A stretch of DNA of 64,000 nt from Escherichia coli (GCF_048403405.1 NZ_CP183129.1); one strand, 5' to 3'. Shown: positions 32,973 to 45,080, numbered from the stretch's first letter. The notes: generated from the sequence alone by a model not told the origin. Made by a program: numbers and translations.

Positions 32973-33707
32973 GTGGGTAATAATTTAATGCAGACGGATC
33001 TTTCCGTCTGGGGTATGTATCAGCACGCCGATATTGTCGTTAAGTGCGTGATGATTGGGCTTATTTTGGCCTCCGTAGTCACCTGGGCAATCTTCTTCAG
33101 TAAGAGCGTAGAGTTCTTCACTCAGAAGCGTCGCCTTAAGCGCGAGCAGCAACTGCTGGCTGAAGCGCGTTCCTTAAACCAGGCCAACGATATCGCCGCT
33201 GATTTTGGTAGCAAAAGCTTAAGCCTGCATTTGCTCAATGAAGCGCAGAATGAGCTGGAACTGTCAGAAGGCAGCGACGATAACGAAGGTATTAAAGAAC
33301 GTACCAGCTTCCGTCTGGAGCGTCGGGTCGCCGCAGTAGGTCGTCAAATGGGCCGCGGTAACGGTTATCTGGCAACCATCGGCGCGATTTCGCCGTTCGT
33401 TGGTCTGTTTGGTACGGTCTGGGGCATCATGAACAGCTTTATTGGTATCGCGCAAACGCAGACCACTAACCTGGCAGTCGTTGCGCCGGGTATTGCAGAA
33501 GCTCTGTTAGCAACGGCAATCGGCCTCGTGGCAGCGATTCCGGCGGTCGTTATCTATAACGTATTTGCACGCCAGATTGGCGGCTTTAAAGCGATGCTGG
33601 GTGATGTTGCAGCGCAGGTATTGTTGCTGCAAAGCCGTGACCTGGATCTGGAAGCCAGCGCCGCTGCGCATCCGGTTCGTGTCGCACAAAAATTACGCGC
33701 AGGATAA
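32973..33707 (+). CDS. exbB: Ton-system energiser ExbB
   Basis: 244 aa; GTG start; MotA/TolQ/ExbB family. Confidence 0.95.
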   Translation: MGNNLMQTDLSVWGMYQHADIVVKCVMIGLILASVVTWAIFFSKSVEFFTQKRRLKREQQLLAEARSLNQANDIAADFGSKSLSLHLLNEAQNELELSEGSDDNEGIKERTSFRLERRVAAVGRQMGRGNGYLATIGAISPFVGLFGTVWGIMNSFIGIAQTQTTNLAVVAPGIAEALLATAIGLVAAIPAVVIYNVFARQIGGFKAMLGDVAAQVLLLQSRDLDLEASAAAHPVRVAQKLRAG

Positions 33708-33713
33708 TGTCCG

Positions 33714-34139
33714 ATGGCAATGCATCTTAACGAAAACCTCGACGATAACGGCGAAATGCATGATATCAACGTGACGCCGTTTATCGACGTGATGTTGGTT
33801 CTGCTGATTATCTTTATGGTGGCGGCACCGTTAGCGACGGTAGATGTGAAGGTGAACTTGCCTGCTTCTACCAGCACGCCGCAGCCGCGCCCGGAAAAAC
33901 CGGTTTATCTGTCGGTGAAGGCAGACAACTCGATGTTTATCGGTAACGATCCGGTCACCGATGAAACAATGATTACGGCGTTGAATGCGTTAACCGAAGG
34001 CAAGAAAGACACCACCATCTTCTTCCGAGCGGACAAAACCGTCGATTACGAGACGTTGATGAAGGTAATGGATACGCTGCATCAGGCGGGTTACCTGAAG
34101 ATAGGTCTGGTCGGCGAAGAAACTGCCAAAGCGAAATAA
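33714..34139 (+). CDS. exbD: Ton-system energiser ExbD
   Basis: 141 aa; single N-terminal transmembrane segment. Confidence 0.95.
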   Translation: MAMHLNENLDDNGEMHDINVTPFIDVMLVLLIIFMVAAPLATVDVKVNLPASTSTPQPRPEKPVYLSVKADNSMFIGNDPVTDETMITALNALTEGKKDTTIFFRADKTVDYETLMKVMDTLHQAGYLKIGLVGEETAKAK

Positions 34140-34144
34140 AAATG

Positions 34145-34180
34145 ATGCCCGGTTGCTTTTCACAACCGGGCATTTTTTTA
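34145..34180. terminator. Bidirectional intrinsic terminator between exbD and yghA
   Basis: 11-bp stem atgcccggttg/caaccgggcat followed by T6. Confidence 0.8.
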
Positions 34181-35062
34181 ACCTAAATGCTCGCCGCCGC
34201 AGACACCGTGCACTTCTGCGGTGACGTAGCTCGACTCCTGACTTGCCAGGTAAACATATACAGGGGCCAGTTCCGCCGGTTGCCCCGCACGCTTCATCGG
34301 CGTTTTCTGACCAAACTGCGGGATCTTATCCTGCGTCTGTCCGCCGGAAATTTGCAGTGCTGTCCAGATCGGGCCAGGTGCAACAATATTCACACGAATA
34401 CCTTTCTCCGCGACCTGTTTTGCCAGGCCTCGGCTGTAGTTCAGAATCGCCGCCTTCGTAGCCGCATAGTCCAGTAAATGCGGGCTTGGCTGGTATGCCT
34501 GGATTGACGAAGTGGTGATGATACTGGCACCTTTCGGTAGCAGGGGGATCGCTTCCTGGGTTAGCCAGAACAGCGCGAAAACGTTAATGGCAAAGGTCTT
34601 TTGAAACTGTTCGCTGGTGAGGTCTGCAATATCAGGAATGGCAACCTGTTTCCCGGCGACCAGCGCCATAATATCCAGCCCGCCTAACGCCTTATGCGCT
34701 TCGTGAACCAGCGAACGGGCGAATTTCTCATCGCTTAAATCGCCTGGCAGCAGGACGGCTTTGCGTCCGCATTCTTCAATGATCTTTTTCACATCCTGAG
34801 CGTCTTGTTCTTCTACGGGAAGATAACTGATCGCCACGTCAGCCCCTTCACGCGCGTAAGCAATGGCGGCAGCGCGACCGATTCCGGAATCGCCCCCTGT
34901 CACCAGTGCTTTACGATCTTTCAGGCGACCGCTACCTACATAGGTTTTCTCGCCGCAATCCGGCACCGGTGTCATTTTCGCCTGGATGCCTGGCGTCGGT
35001 TGTTTCTGTTTGGGATATTCACCAGTGTAATACTGCGTGGTCGGGTCTTTTAAATGAGACAT
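34178..35062 (-). CDS. yghA: Short-chain dehydrogenase/reductase YghA
   Basis: About 294 aa; Rossmann motif [10 protein letters not shown]; start taken at the second Met. Confidence 0.9.
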   Translation of the reverse strand: MSHLKDPTTQYYTGEYPKQKQPTPGIQAKMTPVPDCGEKTYVGSGRLKDRKALVTGGDSGIGRAAAIAYAREGADVAISYLPVEEQDAQDVKKIIEECGRKAVLLPGDLSDEKFARSLVHEAHKALGGLDIMALVAGKQVAIPDIADLTSEQFQKTFAINVFALFWLTQEAIPLLPKGASIITTSSIQAYQPSPHLLDYAATKAAILNYSRGLAKQVAEKGIRVNIVAPGPIWTALQISGGQTQDKIPQFGQKTPMKRAGQPAELAPVYVYLASQESSYVTAEVHGVCGGEHLG

Positions 35063-35183
35063 CATTTTTCTCCCTTCAGGTTCAACGTCCTTTAAGGGTA
35101 GACGCTCTCGATGCGTTGATAAGGGAACCAGGAAGATCCCTAACCCTCAGAATTATGCGACAAAGGTTTAACGGATATGTTGA

Positions 35184-35747
<564 letters not shown>

Positions 35748-35754
35748 TCTGATT

Positions 35755-35780
35755 CGGGCGCGGTTCTCGCGCCCGTTATT
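35755..35780. terminator. Hairpin between convergent yqhA and gpr
   Basis: Stem cgggcgcg/cgcgcccg with a 5-nt loop, followed by TTATT. Confidence 0.5.
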
Positions 35781-35786
35781 AACAGG

Positions 35787-36827
35787 TCATTTATCGGAAG
35801 ACGCCTGCCACAGATTCAGCTCGCCATCGGCGATATGCTGATCAATCTGCGCCAGCTCCTCGGTGCTAAATGTCAGATTATTCAGCGCCTGCACGTTCTC
35901 CTCAAGTTGCTCCGCGCGGCTGGCACCAATCAATACCGAGGTGACGCGATCATCTTTCAGCAACCAGCTTAACGCCATTTGCGCCATTGATTGTCCACGC
36001 TGCTGTGCCATTTCATGCAATAAGCGCAGGCTGTTGAGGTTGGCTTCGGTGAGCATTTTCGGCGTCAGACCACGAACTTTATTCCCTTCACGATGCATCC
36101 GTGAATCTTGCGGAATACCGTTGAGATATTTTCCGGTCAGCAATCCCTGAGCCAGAGGAGTAAAGGCAATGCAGCCCACGCCGTTATTTTGCAGAGTATC
36201 CAGCAGGCCGCTTTTATCCACCCAGCGGTTCAGTAAATTGTACGAAGGTTGATGAATTAACAGCGGAATTTTCCACTCGCGCAGTAACTCGACCATTTTT
36301 TGCGTCCGCTCTGGCGAGTAAGAGGAGATCCCGACATAAAGCGCCTTACCGCTTTGTACCGCATGAGCCAGCGCAGAGGCGGTTTCTTCCATCGGCGTAT
36401 TTTCATCGACGCGATGAGAGTAAAAGATATCGACATACTCAAGCCCCATACGCTTCAGGCTTTGGTCGAGGCTGGCGAGCAGGTATTTACGTGAACCGCC
36501 AGAGCCGTAAGGGCCGGGCCACATATCGTAGCCAGCCTTGGTAGAGATAATCAGTTCATCGCGATAAGCGGCAAAATCCTCGCGCAGCAGGCGACCAAAG
36601 TTCTCTTCTGCGCTTCCTGGAGGCGGCCCGTAATTGTTGGCTAAATCAAAGTGCGTAATGCCTAAATCAAACGCTTTACGCAGGATCGCACGCTGTGATT
36701 CCAGCGCGTTAACGTGACCGAAATTGTGCCATAAACCGAGCGATAACGCGGGCAGGCGTAAACCGCTTTTTCCGCAATAACGGTACTGCATCTGCCCGTA
36801 ACGCTCGGGATTCGCTAACCAGACCAT
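35787..36827 (-). CDS. gpr: L-glyceraldehyde-3-phosphate reductase (aldo-keto reductase; YghZ)
   Basis: 346 aa; aldo-keto reductase family. Confidence 0.93.
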   Translation of the reverse strand: MVWLANPERYGQMQYRYCGKSGLRLPALSLGLWHNFGHVNALESQRAILRKAFDLGITHFDLANNYGPPPGSAEENFGRLLREDFAAYRDELIISTKAGYDMWPGPYGSGGSRKYLLASLDQSLKRMGLEYVDIFYSHRVDENTPMEETASALAHAVQSGKALYVGISSYSPERTQKMVELLREWKIPLLIHQPSYNLLNRWVDKSGLLDTLQNNGVGCIAFTPLAQGLLTGKYLNGIPQDSRMHREGNKVRGLTPKMLTEANLNSLRLLHEMAQQRGQSMAQMALSWLLKDDRVTSVLIGASRAEQLEENVQALNNLTFSTEELAQIDQHIADGELNLWQASSDK

Positions 36828-36983
36828 GACCTCTCCTTTCCACCATTCAATTTCGAAACAATGTTTCTAGTTTAGCGATTCATCAGCGCGTATCCCGTAG
36901 TCTGGCTCACAGAGTGACGAAAAACTGGGCAAAAACACGCGCTTATGCTTTGCTTAAAAAAACACCAACTGAGGAGTGCAACG

Positions 36984-37871
36984 ATGCCGCGTTTAACCGC
37001 CAGAGATTTCCCACAAGAGTTGCTGGATTACTATGACTATTACGCTCACGGGAAAATCTCGAAACGTGAGTTCCTCAACCTTGCGGCGAAGTATGCGGTA
37101 GGCGGGATGACGGCATTAGCGTTGTTTGATTTGCTCAAGCCAAATTATGCGCTGGCGACTCAGGTAGAGTTTACCGACCCGGAAATTGTTGCTGAGTACA
37201 TCACGTATTCTTCACCAAATGGTCACGGCGAGGTGCGGGGTTATCTGGTGAAGCCCGCAAAGATGAGCGGCAAAACGCCAGCCGTAGTGGTGGTGCATGA
37301 GAATCGTGGACTGAATCCGTATATCGAAGATGTGGCACGGCGAGTGGCGAAGGCGGGGTATATCGCCCTGGCACCTGACGGCTTAAGTTCCGTTGGAGGT
37401 TATCCGGGTAATGATGATAAAGGTCGTGAGCTGCAACAGCAGGTTGATCCAACCAAACTGATGAATGATTTCTTTGCCGCAATTGAGTTTATGCAACGCT
37501 ATCCGCAAGCGACAGGCAAAGTGGGTATTACCGGATTTTGCTATGGCGGTGGCGTATCGAACGCGGCAGCGGTCGCGTATCCGGAACTGGCCTGCGCGGT
37601 GCCGTTTTATGGTCGACAGGCACCCACCGCCGATGTGGCGAAGATTGAAGCGCCTTTACTACTCCACTACGCGGAACTGGACACCCGAATCAACGAGGGC
37701 TGGCCTGCTTACGAGGCGGCGTTGAAAGCCAATAATAAGGTCTATGAGGCGTATATCTATCCGGGGGTTAATCACGGATTCCATAATGATTCCACGCCCC
37801 GTTATGACAAATCTGCCGCCGATCTTGCCTGGCAAAGGACGCTGAAATGGTTCGATAAATATCTCTCCTGA
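36984..37871 (+). CDS. yghX: Dienelactone hydrolase family protein, apparently intact
   Basis: Start set at the ATG at 36984, preceded by GAGGAG; about 295 aa; uninterrupted reading frame. Confidence 0.75.
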   Translation: MPRLTARDFPQELLDYYDYYAHGKISKREFLNLAAKYAVGGMTALALFDLLKPNYALATQVEFTDPEIVAEYITYSSPNGHGEVRGYLVKPAKMSGKTPAVVVVHENRGLNPYIEDVARRVAKAGYIALAPDGLSSVGGYPGNDDKGRELQQQVDPTKLMNDFFAAIEFMQRYPQATGKVGITGFCYGGGVSNAAAVAYPELACAVPFYGRQAPTADVAKIEAPLLLHYAELDTRINEGWPAYEAALKANNKVYEAYIYPGVNHGFHNDSTPRYDKSAADLAWQRTLKWFDKYLS

Positions 37872-37989
37872 TAGGTTTATCTCTTACGGGATTACGTCTT
37901 AAACAAGCATGAAAAAATAGCGTGCGCAAAAGTCGTTCTTTGCCTAAAATATCGCTATATATGGCAATATATAGCGAATGAGGTGAACG

Positions 37990-38277
37990 ATGAATAACCA
38001 TTTTGGTAAAGGCTTAATGGCGGGATTAAAAGCAACGCATGCCGACAGTGCGGTTAATGTGACAAAATACTGTGCCGATTATAAACGCGGTTTTGTATTA
38101 GGCTACTCACACCGGATGTACGAAAAGACCGGAGATCGCCAGCTTAGCGCCTGGGAAGCGGGTATTCTGACGCGCCGCTATGGACTGGATAAAGAGATGG
38201 TAATGGATTTCTTTCGTGAGAATAATTCCTGTTCTACGTTGCGCTTTTTTATGGCCGGTTATCGCCTCGAAAATTGA
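37990..38277 (+). CDS. yghW: DUF2623 family protein YghW
   Basis: 95 aa; located immediately upstream of hybO. Confidence 0.8.
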   Translation: MNNHFGKGLMAGLKATHADSAVNVTKYCADYKRGFVLGYSHRMYEKTGDRQLSAWEAGILTRRYGLDKEMVMDFFRENNSCSTLRFFMAGYRLEN

Positions 38278-38465
38278 TCAAACATACGTATTATCTTGCT
38301 TTAATTAATTACACTAATGCTTCTTCCCTTCGTTTTAGCGCCCCGCCGCAGTATCATGATATCGATAACCATAATAAATGTGTGGTAAATGGCGCATCGA
38401 TCGCATTATTGATTTTGCGATTGAGGCAAAATATATGCCAGGTCTTCGCAACGGAATAACTATAA

Positions 38466-39584
38466 ATGACTGGAGATAACACCCTCATCCATTCTCACGG
38501 CATTAACCGTCGTGATTTCATGAAGCTTTGTGCAGCATTAGCCGCCACCATGGGGTTAAGTAGCAAAGCCGCTGCAGAGATGGCCGAATCGGTTACTAAC
38601 CCGCAGCGTCCGCCAGTTATCTGGATTGGCGCGCAGGAGTGTACCGGTTGTACGGAATCTCTGCTTCGTGCAACGCATCCAACGGTAGAAAACCTCGTGC
38701 TGGAGACTATCTCTCTGGAGTATCACGAAGTGCTTTCCGCCGCCTTCGGTCATCAGGTCGAAGAGAACAAACATAACGCTCTCGAGAAGTACAAAGGGCA
38801 GTATGTGTTAGTGGTGGATGGTTCCATCCCATTAAAAGATAATGGTATTTATTGCATGGTTGCCGGTGAGCCGATTGTGGATCACATCCGCAAAGCGGCG
38901 GAAGGCGCAGCAGCCATTATCGCTATCGGTTCCTGCTCTGCGTGGGGCGGTGTTGCCGCAGCTGGAGTTAACCCAACTGGCGCTGTCAGCCTGCAAGAAG
39001 TTCTGCCAGGCAAAACTGTAATCAACATTCCTGGCTGCCCGCCGAACCCGCACAACTTCCTCGCGACCGTTGCGCACATCATCACTTACGGCAAGCCGCC
39101 GAAACTGGATGACAAAAACCGTCCGACCTTCGCCTATGGCCGTCTGATTCACGAACACTGCGAACGTCGCCCGCACTTCGATGCTGGTCGTTTTGCCAAA
39201 GAGTTCGGTGATGAAGGCCACCGCGAAGGCTGGTGCCTGTACCACCTCGGCTGTAAAGGGCCAGAAACTTACGGCAACTGCTCAACGCTGCAATTCTGCG
39301 ATGTTGGCGGTGTGTGGCCGGTGGCGATTGGTCACCCGTGCTATGGCTGTAACGAAGAAGGTATCGGCTTCCATAAAGGCATCCATCAGCTTGCCAACGT
39401 CGAAAACCAGACTCCGCGTTCACAGAAACCGGATGTTAACGCTAAAGAAGGCGGCAACGTCTCTGCGGGCGCTATTGGTTTGCTCGGCGGTGTGGTTGGG
39501 CTGGTTGCCGGTGTCAGCGTGATGGCGGTGCGTGAACTGGGTCGTCAGCAAAAGAAAGATAACGCTGACTCACGGGGAGAATAA
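38466..39584 (+). CDS. hybO: Hydrogenase 2 small subunit (Tat substrate)
   Basis: 372 aa; twin-arginine motif RRDFMK; [NiFe]-hydrogenase small-subunit cysteine pattern. Confidence 0.96.
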   Translation: MTGDNTLIHSHGINRRDFMKLCAALAATMGLSSKAAAEMAESVTNPQRPPVIWIGAQECTGCTESLLRATHPTVENLVLETISLEYHEVLSAAFGHQVEENKHNALEKYKGQYVLVVDGSIPLKDNGIYCMVAGEPIVDHIRKAAEGAAAIIAIGSCSAWGGVAAAGVNPTGAVSLQEVLPGKTVINIPGCPPNPHNFLATVAHIITYGKPPKLDDKNRPTFAYGRLIHEHCERRPHFDAGRFAKEFGDEGHREGWCLYHLGCKGPETYGNCSTLQFCDVGGVWPVAIGHPCYGCNEEGIGFHKGIHQLANVENQTPRSQKPDVNAKEGGNVSAGAIGLLGGVVGLVAGVSVMAVRELGRQQKKDNADSRGE

Positions 39585-39586
39585 CC

Positions 39587-40573
39587 GTGAACAGACGTAA
39601 TTTTATTAAAGCAGCCTCCTGCGGGGCATTGCTGACGGGCGCGTTGCCGTCTGTCAGTCATGCGGCTGCTGAAAACCGCCCGCCAATTCCGGGATCGCTG
39701 GGGATGTTGTACGACTCGACCTTGTGCGTAGGCTGCCAGGCTTGCGTCACCAAGTGTCAGGATATCAACTTCCCTGAACGTAACCCGCAAGGGGAACAGA
39801 CCTGGTCGAACAACGACAAACTGTCGCCGTATACCAATAACATCATTCAGGTGTGGACCAGCGGCACAGGGGTCAATAAAGACCAGGAGGAGAACGGCTA
39901 CGCGTACATTAAGAAACAGTGTATGCACTGCGTCGATCCGAACTGTGTCTCTGTGTGCCCGGTCTCTGCACTGAAAAAAGATCCGAAAACCGGCATTGTC
40001 CATTACGACAAAGATGTGTGCACCGGCTGCCGTTACTGCATGGTCGCCTGCCCATACAATGTGCCGAAGTACGACTACAACAACCCGTTTGGTGCGCTGC
40101 ATAAGTGCGAGCTGTGCAACCAGAAAGGTGTGGAACGTCTCGATAAAGGCGGTCTGCCTGGCTGCGTAGAAGTGTGCCCGGCGGGTGCGGTGATTTTTGG
40201 TACGCGTGAAGAGCTGATGGCGGAGGCGAAAAAACGTCTGGCGCTGAAGCCGGGCAGCGAATACCACTATCCGCGTCAGACGCTGAAATCTGGTGACACT
40301 TACCTGCATACGGTGCCGAAATATTATCCGCATCTGTACGGCGAGAAAGAGGGCGGCGGTACTCAGGTTCTGGTACTGACGGGTGTGCCTTATGAAAATC
40401 TTGACCTGCCGAAACTGGACGATCTTTCTACTGGTGCGCGTTCCGAACATGTCCAACACACCCTGTATAAAGGCATGATGCTACCACTGGCTGTGCTGGC
40501 GGGCTTAACCGTGCTGGTTCGTCGCAACACCAAAAACGACCATCACGACGGAGGAGACGATCATGAGTCATGA
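39587..40573 (+). CDS. hybA: Hydrogenase 2 iron-sulfur (ferredoxin-type) subunit
   Basis: 328 aa; Tat signal; several CxxCxxCxxxCP clusters. Confidence 0.96.
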   Translation: MNRRNFIKAASCGALLTGALPSVSHAAAENRPPIPGSLGMLYDSTLCVGCQACVTKCQDINFPERNPQGEQTWSNNDKLSPYTNNIIQVWTSGTGVNKDQEENGYAYIKKQCMHCVDPNCVSVCPVSALKKDPKTGIVHYDKDVCTGCRYCMVACPYNVPKYDYNNPFGALHKCELCNQKGVERLDKGGLPGCVEVCPAGAVIFGTREELMAEAKKRLALKPGSEYHYPRQTLKSGDTYLHTVPKYYPHLYGEKEGGGTQVLVLTGVPYENLDLPKLDDLSTGARSEHVQHTLYKGMMLPLAVLAGLTVLVRRNTKNDHHDGGDDHES

Positions 40574-41741
40574 TCCACAACCGCTGGGCGGCAAAATCAT
40601 CAGTAAACCGGTCATGATTTTTGGACCGTTAATCGTCATCTGTATGCTCCTGATTGTGAAGCGTCTGGTGTTCGGTCTAGGCTCAGTCTCTGACCTGAAC
40701 GGCGGCTTCCCGTGGGGTGTGTGGATCGCGTTTGACCTGTTGATCGGCACCGGCTTTGCCTGTGGCGGCTGGGCGCTGGCGTGGGCGGTATACGTCTTTA
40801 ACCGTGGGCAATACCATCCGCTGGTGCGTCCGGCGCTGTTGGCGAGTCTGTTCGGTTACTCACTGGGTGGCTTGTCGATCACCATCGACGTTGGTCGCTA
40901 CTGGAACCTGCCGTACTTCTACATTCCGGGTCACTTCAACGTGAACTCGGTACTGTTCGAGACGGCGGTCTGTATGACCATCTACATCGGCGTGATGGCA
41001 CTGGAGTTTGCTCCGGCATTGTTTGAACGATTGGGCTGGAAGGTGTCGCTACAGCGTCTGAACAAGGTGATGTTCTTCATCATCGCGCTCGGTGCGCTGC
41101 TGCCGACTATGCACCAGTCTTCAATGGGGTCGCTGATGATCTCGGCGGGCTACAAGGTGCATCCGTTGTGGCAGAGCTATGAAATGTTGCCGTTGTTCTC
41201 GCTGCTGACGGCGTTCATCATGGGCTTCTCGATTGTCATCTTTGAAGGTTCGCTGGTGCAGGCGGGTCTGCGTGGCAACGGTCCGGATGAAAAGAGTCTG
41301 TTCGTTAAGCTGACCAACACCATCAGTGTGTTGCTGGCGATTTTCATCGTGCTGCGCTTTGGCGAGCTTATCTATCGCGACAAGCTGTCGTTAGCGTTTG
41401 CCGGTGACTTCTATTCCGTGATGTTCTGGATTGAAGTCCTGCTGATGCTCTTCCCGCTGGTCGTTCTGCGTGTGGCGAAGCTGCGTAATGATTCCCGCAT
41501 GCTGTTCCTGTCAGCACTGAGCGCGCTGTTAGGTTGTGCAACCTGGCGTCTGACCTATTCGCTGGTGGCATTCAACCCGGGCGGCGGTTACGCCTACTTC
41601 CCGACCTGGGAAGAACTGTTGATTTCTATTGGTTTTGTGGCTATTGAGATTTGCGCTTACATCGTACTCATTCGTCTACTGCCGATACTTCCTCCTTTAA
41701 AACAAAACGATCATAATCGTCATGAGGCGAGCAAAGCATGA
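40563..41741 (+). CDS. hybB: Hydrogenase 2 integral membrane subunit
   Basis: 392 aa polytopic membrane protein. Confidence 0.96.
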   Translation: MSHDPQPLGGKIISKPVMIFGPLIVICMLLIVKRLVFGLGSVSDLNGGFPWGVWIAFDLLIGTGFACGGWALAWAVYVFNRGQYHPLVRPALLASLFGYSLGGLSITIDVGRYWNLPYFYIPGHFNVNSVLFETAVCMTIYIGVMALEFAPALFERLGWKVSLQRLNKVMFFIIALGALLPTMHQSSMGSLMISAGYKVHPLWQSYEMLPLFSLLTAFIMGFSIVIFEGSLVQAGLRGNGPDEKSLFVKLTNTISVLLAIFIVLRFGELIYRDKLSLAFAGDFYSVMFWIEVLLMLFPLVVLRVAKLRNDSRMLFLSALSALLGCATWRLTYSLVAFNPGGGYAYFPTWEELLISIGFVAIEICAYIVLIRLLPILPPLKQNDHNRHEASKA

Positions 41742-43441
41742 GCCAGAGAATTACTATTGATCCGGTAACCCGTATTGAGGGGCATTTACGCATCGATTGC
41801 GAAATCGAAAATGGCGTCGTTTCGAAAGCATGGGCTTCCGGTACCATGTGGCGCGGCATGGAAGAGATCGTGAAAAACCGCGATCCGCGCGATGCATGGA
41901 TGATTGTGCAACGTATCTGTGGCGTATGTACTACCACTCACGCGCTGTCTTCCGTTCGTGCGGCAGAAAGTGCGCTGAATATCGACGTTCCGGTTAACGC
42001 GCAATACATCCGTAACATCATTCTGGCTGCGCACACCACGCATGACCATATCGTTCATTTCTATCAGCTTTCGGCGCTGGACTGGGTGGACATCACTTCT
42101 GCACTGCAAGCTGACCCAACCAAAGCCTCCGAAATGCTGAAAGGTGTTTCGACCTGGCACCTGAACAGCCCGGAAGAGTTCACCAAAGTTCAGAACAAGA
42201 TCAAAGATCTGGTTGCCAGCGGTCAGTTGGGGATTTTCGCCAATGGCTACTGGGGTCACCCGGCGATGAAACTGCCGCCGGAAGTGAACCTGATTGCGGT
42301 AGCGCACTACCTGCAGGCGCTGGAGTGCCAGCGTGACGCTAACCGCGTCGTGGCGCTGCTGGGCGGTAAAACGCCGCACATTCAGAACCTGGCAGTAGGT
42401 GGGGTCGCTAACCCGATCAACCTCGACGGTCTGGGCGTGCTGAATCTTGAGCGTCTGATGTACATCAAGTCCTTCATCGACAAGCTGAGCGACTTTGTTG
42501 AGCAGGTTTATAAGGTTGATACCGCGGTTATCGCCGCGTTCTATCCGGAATGGCTGACGCGCGGTAAAGGTGCGGTGAACTACCTGAGCGTGCCGGAATT
42601 CCCGACCGACAGTAAAAACGGCAGCTTCCTGTTCCCGGGCGGCTACATTGAGAATGCGGATCTGTCCTCGTATCGTCCGATCACTTCTCATTCCGATGAA
42701 TACCTGATCAAAGGCATTCAGGAAAGCGCGAAGCACTCCTGGTATAAAGACGAAGCGCCGCAGGCACCCTGGGAAGGTACCACCATTCCGGCTTATGATG
42801 GTTGGTCTGACGACGGGAAATATTCCTGGGTGAAATCACCGACTTTCTACGGCAAAACGGTAGAAGTGGGTCCGCTGGCTAATATGCTGGTGAAACTGGC
42901 GGCAGGTCGCGAATCTACCCAGAATAAACTGAATGAAATCGTTGCGATTTATCAGAAACTGACTGGCAACACGCTGGAAGTGGCGCAGCTGCACTCCACG
43001 CTGGGCCGTATTATTGGTCGTACCGTTCACTGCTGCGAATTGCAGGATATCCTGCAAAATCAATACAGTGCACTGATCACCAATATCGGCAAAGGCGATC
43101 ACACCACCTTTGTGAAGCCGAACATTCCGGCAACGGGTGAGTTCAAAGGCGTAGGTTTCCTCGAAGCACCGCGCGGTATGCTCTCTCACTGGATGGTGAT
43201 CAAAGACGGTATTATCAGTAACTACCAGGCAGTTGTTCCATCAACCTGGAACTCTGGCCCGCGTAACTTCAATGATGACGTCGGTCCTTACGAGCAGTCG
43301 CTGGTGGGTACACCGGTTGCCGATCCGAATAAACCGCTGGAAGTGGTGCGTACCATTCACTCCTTCGACCCGTGCATGGCCTGTGCGGTACACGTAGTGG
43401 ATGCCGACGGCAACGAAGTGGTTTCAGTGAAGGTTCTGTAA
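41738..43441 (+). CDS. hybC: Hydrogenase 2 large ([NiFe]) subunit
   Basis: 567 aa; N-terminal RICGVCTTTH and C-terminal DPCMACAVH nickel-binding motifs. Confidence 0.97.
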   Translation: MSQRITIDPVTRIEGHLRIDCEIENGVVSKAWASGTMWRGMEEIVKNRDPRDAWMIVQRICGVCTTTHALSSVRAAESALNIDVPVNAQYIRNIILAAHTTHDHIVHFYQLSALDWVDITSALQADPTKASEMLKGVSTWHLNSPEEFTKVQNKIKDLVASGQLGIFANGYWGHPAMKLPPEVNLIAVAHYLQALECQRDANRVVALLGGKTPHIQNLAVGGVANPINLDGLGVLNLERLMYIKSFIDKLSDFVEQVYKVDTAVIAAFYPEWLTRGKGAVNYLSVPEFPTDSKNGSFLFPGGYIENADLSSYRPITSHSDEYLIKGIQESAKHSWYKDEAPQAPWEGTTIPAYDGWSDDGKYSWVKSPTFYGKTVEVGPLANMLVKLAAGRESTQNKLNEIVAIYQKLTGNTLEVAQLHSTLGRIIGRTVHCCELQDILQNQYSALITNIGKGDHTTFVKPNIPATGEFKGVGFLEAPRGMLSHWMVIKDGIISNYQAVVPSTWNSGPRNFNDDVGPYEQSLVGTPVADPNKPLEVVRTIHSFDPCMACAVHVVDADGNEVVSVKVL

Positions 43442-43935
43442 TGCGTATTTTAGTCTTAGGGGTTGGCAATATTTTGCTGACCGATGAAGCCATCGGCGTG
43501 CGGATTGTCGAAGCGTTAGAGCAACGATACATTCTGCCGGATTATGTTGAGATCCTCGATGGCGGCACGGCGGGAATGGAGCTGCTTGGCGACATGGCAA
43601 ATCGCGATCATCTGATTATTGCGGATGCCATTGTGTCGAAAAAGAACGCGCCGGGAACGATGATGATCCTGCGGGATGAAGAAGTTCCGGCGTTGTTTAC
43701 CAACAAAATCTCTCCGCATCAGCTTGGCCTGGCCGACGTATTGTCGGCCCTGCGCTTCACCGGTGAGTTTCCGAAAAAGCTGACCCTGGTCGGCGTGATC
43801 CCGGAATCGCTGGAGCCGCACATCGGCTTAACGCCGACGGTCGAAGCGATGATTGAACCTGCGCTTGAGCAGGTTCTGGCTGCGCTGCGCGAATCAGGCG
43901 TGGAAGCCATCCCACGGGAGGCGACTCATGACTGA
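43441..43935 (+). CDS. hybD: Hydrogenase 2 maturation endopeptidase
   Basis: Start set at the ATG overlapping the hybC stop (TAATG), giving 164 aa beginning MRILVLGVGN. Confidence 0.93.
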   Translation: MRILVLGVGNILLTDEAIGVRIVEALEQRYILPDYVEILDGGTAGMELLGDMANRDHLIIADAIVSKKNAPGTMMILRDEEVPALFTNKISPHQLGLADVLSALRFTGEFPKKLTLVGVIPESLEPHIGLTPTVEAMIEPALEQVLAALRESGVEAIPREATHD

Positions 43936-44416
43936 AGAGATAGCAGGTTTCCAGACCTCCCCGAAGGCGCAAGTGCAGGCAGCTTTTGAAGAAATTGCCC
44001 GGCGTTCGATGCATGATCTCTCTTTTCTGCATCCTTCAATGCCGGTGTATGTTTCTGACTTTACGCTGTTCGAAGGTCAGTGGACGGGGTGTGTGATCAC
44101 CCCGTGGATGCTGAGTGCAGTTATCTTCCCCGGCCCGGATCAACTCTGGCCGCTGCGCAAAGTGAGTGAAAAAATTGGTCTGCAACTGCCGTATGGCACC
44201 ATGACCTTTACCGTTGGCGAACTGGACGGTGTTTCGCAATACCTCTCCTGCTCGCTGATGTCGCCGCTTTCGCACAGCATGTCGATTGAAGAGGGCCAAC
44301 GCCTGACGGATGACTGCGCACGAATGATCCTTTCGCTGCCAGTCACGAATCCGGATGTACCACACGCAGGGCGTCGCGCCCTGCTGTTTGGCCGCAGGAG
44401 TGGCGAAAATGCATGA
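43928..44416 (+). CDS. hybE: Hydrogenase 2 specific chaperone
   Basis: Start set at MTEEIAGFQ, giving 162 aa; overlaps the hybD end. Confidence 0.9.
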   Translation: MTEEIAGFQTSPKAQVQAAFEEIARRSMHDLSFLHPSMPVYVSDFTLFEGQWTGCVITPWMLSAVIFPGPDQLWPLRKVSEKIGLQLPYGTMTFTVGELDGVSQYLSCSLMSPLSHSMSIEEGQRLTDDCARMILSLPVTNPDVPHAGRRALLFGRRSGENA

Positions 44417-44750
44417 GTTGTCGCTTTGCCAGAGCGCCGTTGAAATTATCCAACGGCAGGCGGAGCAGCACGATGTTAAGCGCGTCACCGCCGTGTGGCT
44501 GGAAATTGGCGCGCTCTCCTGCGTTGAGGAGAGCGCCGTCCGTTTTAGTTTTGAAATTGTCTGCCACGGAACGGTGGCGCAAGGGTGCGATTTACATATC
44601 GTCTATAAACCCGCCCAGGCCTGGTGCTGGGATTGCAGCCAGGTGGTGGAGATTCATCAGCACGATGCGCAGTGTCCGCTCTGTCATGGCGAGCGGTTGC
44701 GTGTCGATACCGGCGATTCGCTGATCGTCAAAAGTATTGAAGTTGAATAA
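44409..44750 (+). CDS. hybF: Hydrogenase nickel-insertion protein (HypA-like)
   Basis: Start set at MHELSLCQ, giving 113 aa; zinc-finger CxxC...CxxC. Confidence 0.92.
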   Translation: MHELSLCQSAVEIIQRQAEQHDVKRVTAVWLEIGALSCVEESAVRFSFEIVCHGTVAQGCDLHIVYKPAQAWCWDCSQVVEIHQHDAQCPLCHGERLRVDTGDSLIVKSIEVE

Positions 44751-44762
44751 CCGGAGTTAACA

Positions 44763-45011
44763 ATGTGTATTGGCGTTCCAGGCCAGGTGCTGGCTGTCGG
44801 TGAGGATATTCACCAGCTTGCGCAGGTTGAAGTATGTGGTATCAAGCGCGACGTGAATATCGCCCTGATTTGTGAAGGTAACCCTGCCGATCTGCTGGGC
44901 CAGTGGGTGCTGGTACACGTCGGATTTGCCATGAGCATCATCGACGAAGATGAAGCCAAAGCCACATTAGACGCGCTGCGCCAAATGGATTACGACATTA
45001 CCAGCGCGTGA
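44763..45011 (+). CDS. hybG: Hydrogenase maturation factor (HypC-like)
   Basis: 82 aa; N-terminal MCIGVPG motif. Confidence 0.92.
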
Positions 45012-45018
45012 TGATTAA

Positions 45019-45053
45019 AGCCGGATGCGGCGTAAATGCTTTATCCGGCTACA
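45019..45053. repeat. REP (repetitive extragenic palindromic) element
   Basis: agccggatgcggcgtaaatgctttatccggctaca matches the enterobacterial REP consensus (GCCGGATGCGGCGTAAACGCCTTATCCGGCCTAC) from memory. Confidence 0.6.
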
Positions 45054-45080
45054 TAGCGATAAGCCTGCCAATGTTGCGAC

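Noticed and set aside
41786-42736. 316 aa minus-strand ORF inside hybC (and similar ones inside hybA 39545-40459 and gss 46848-47858)
   Set aside because: Antisense to strongly supported genes; no motifs; not reported as genes
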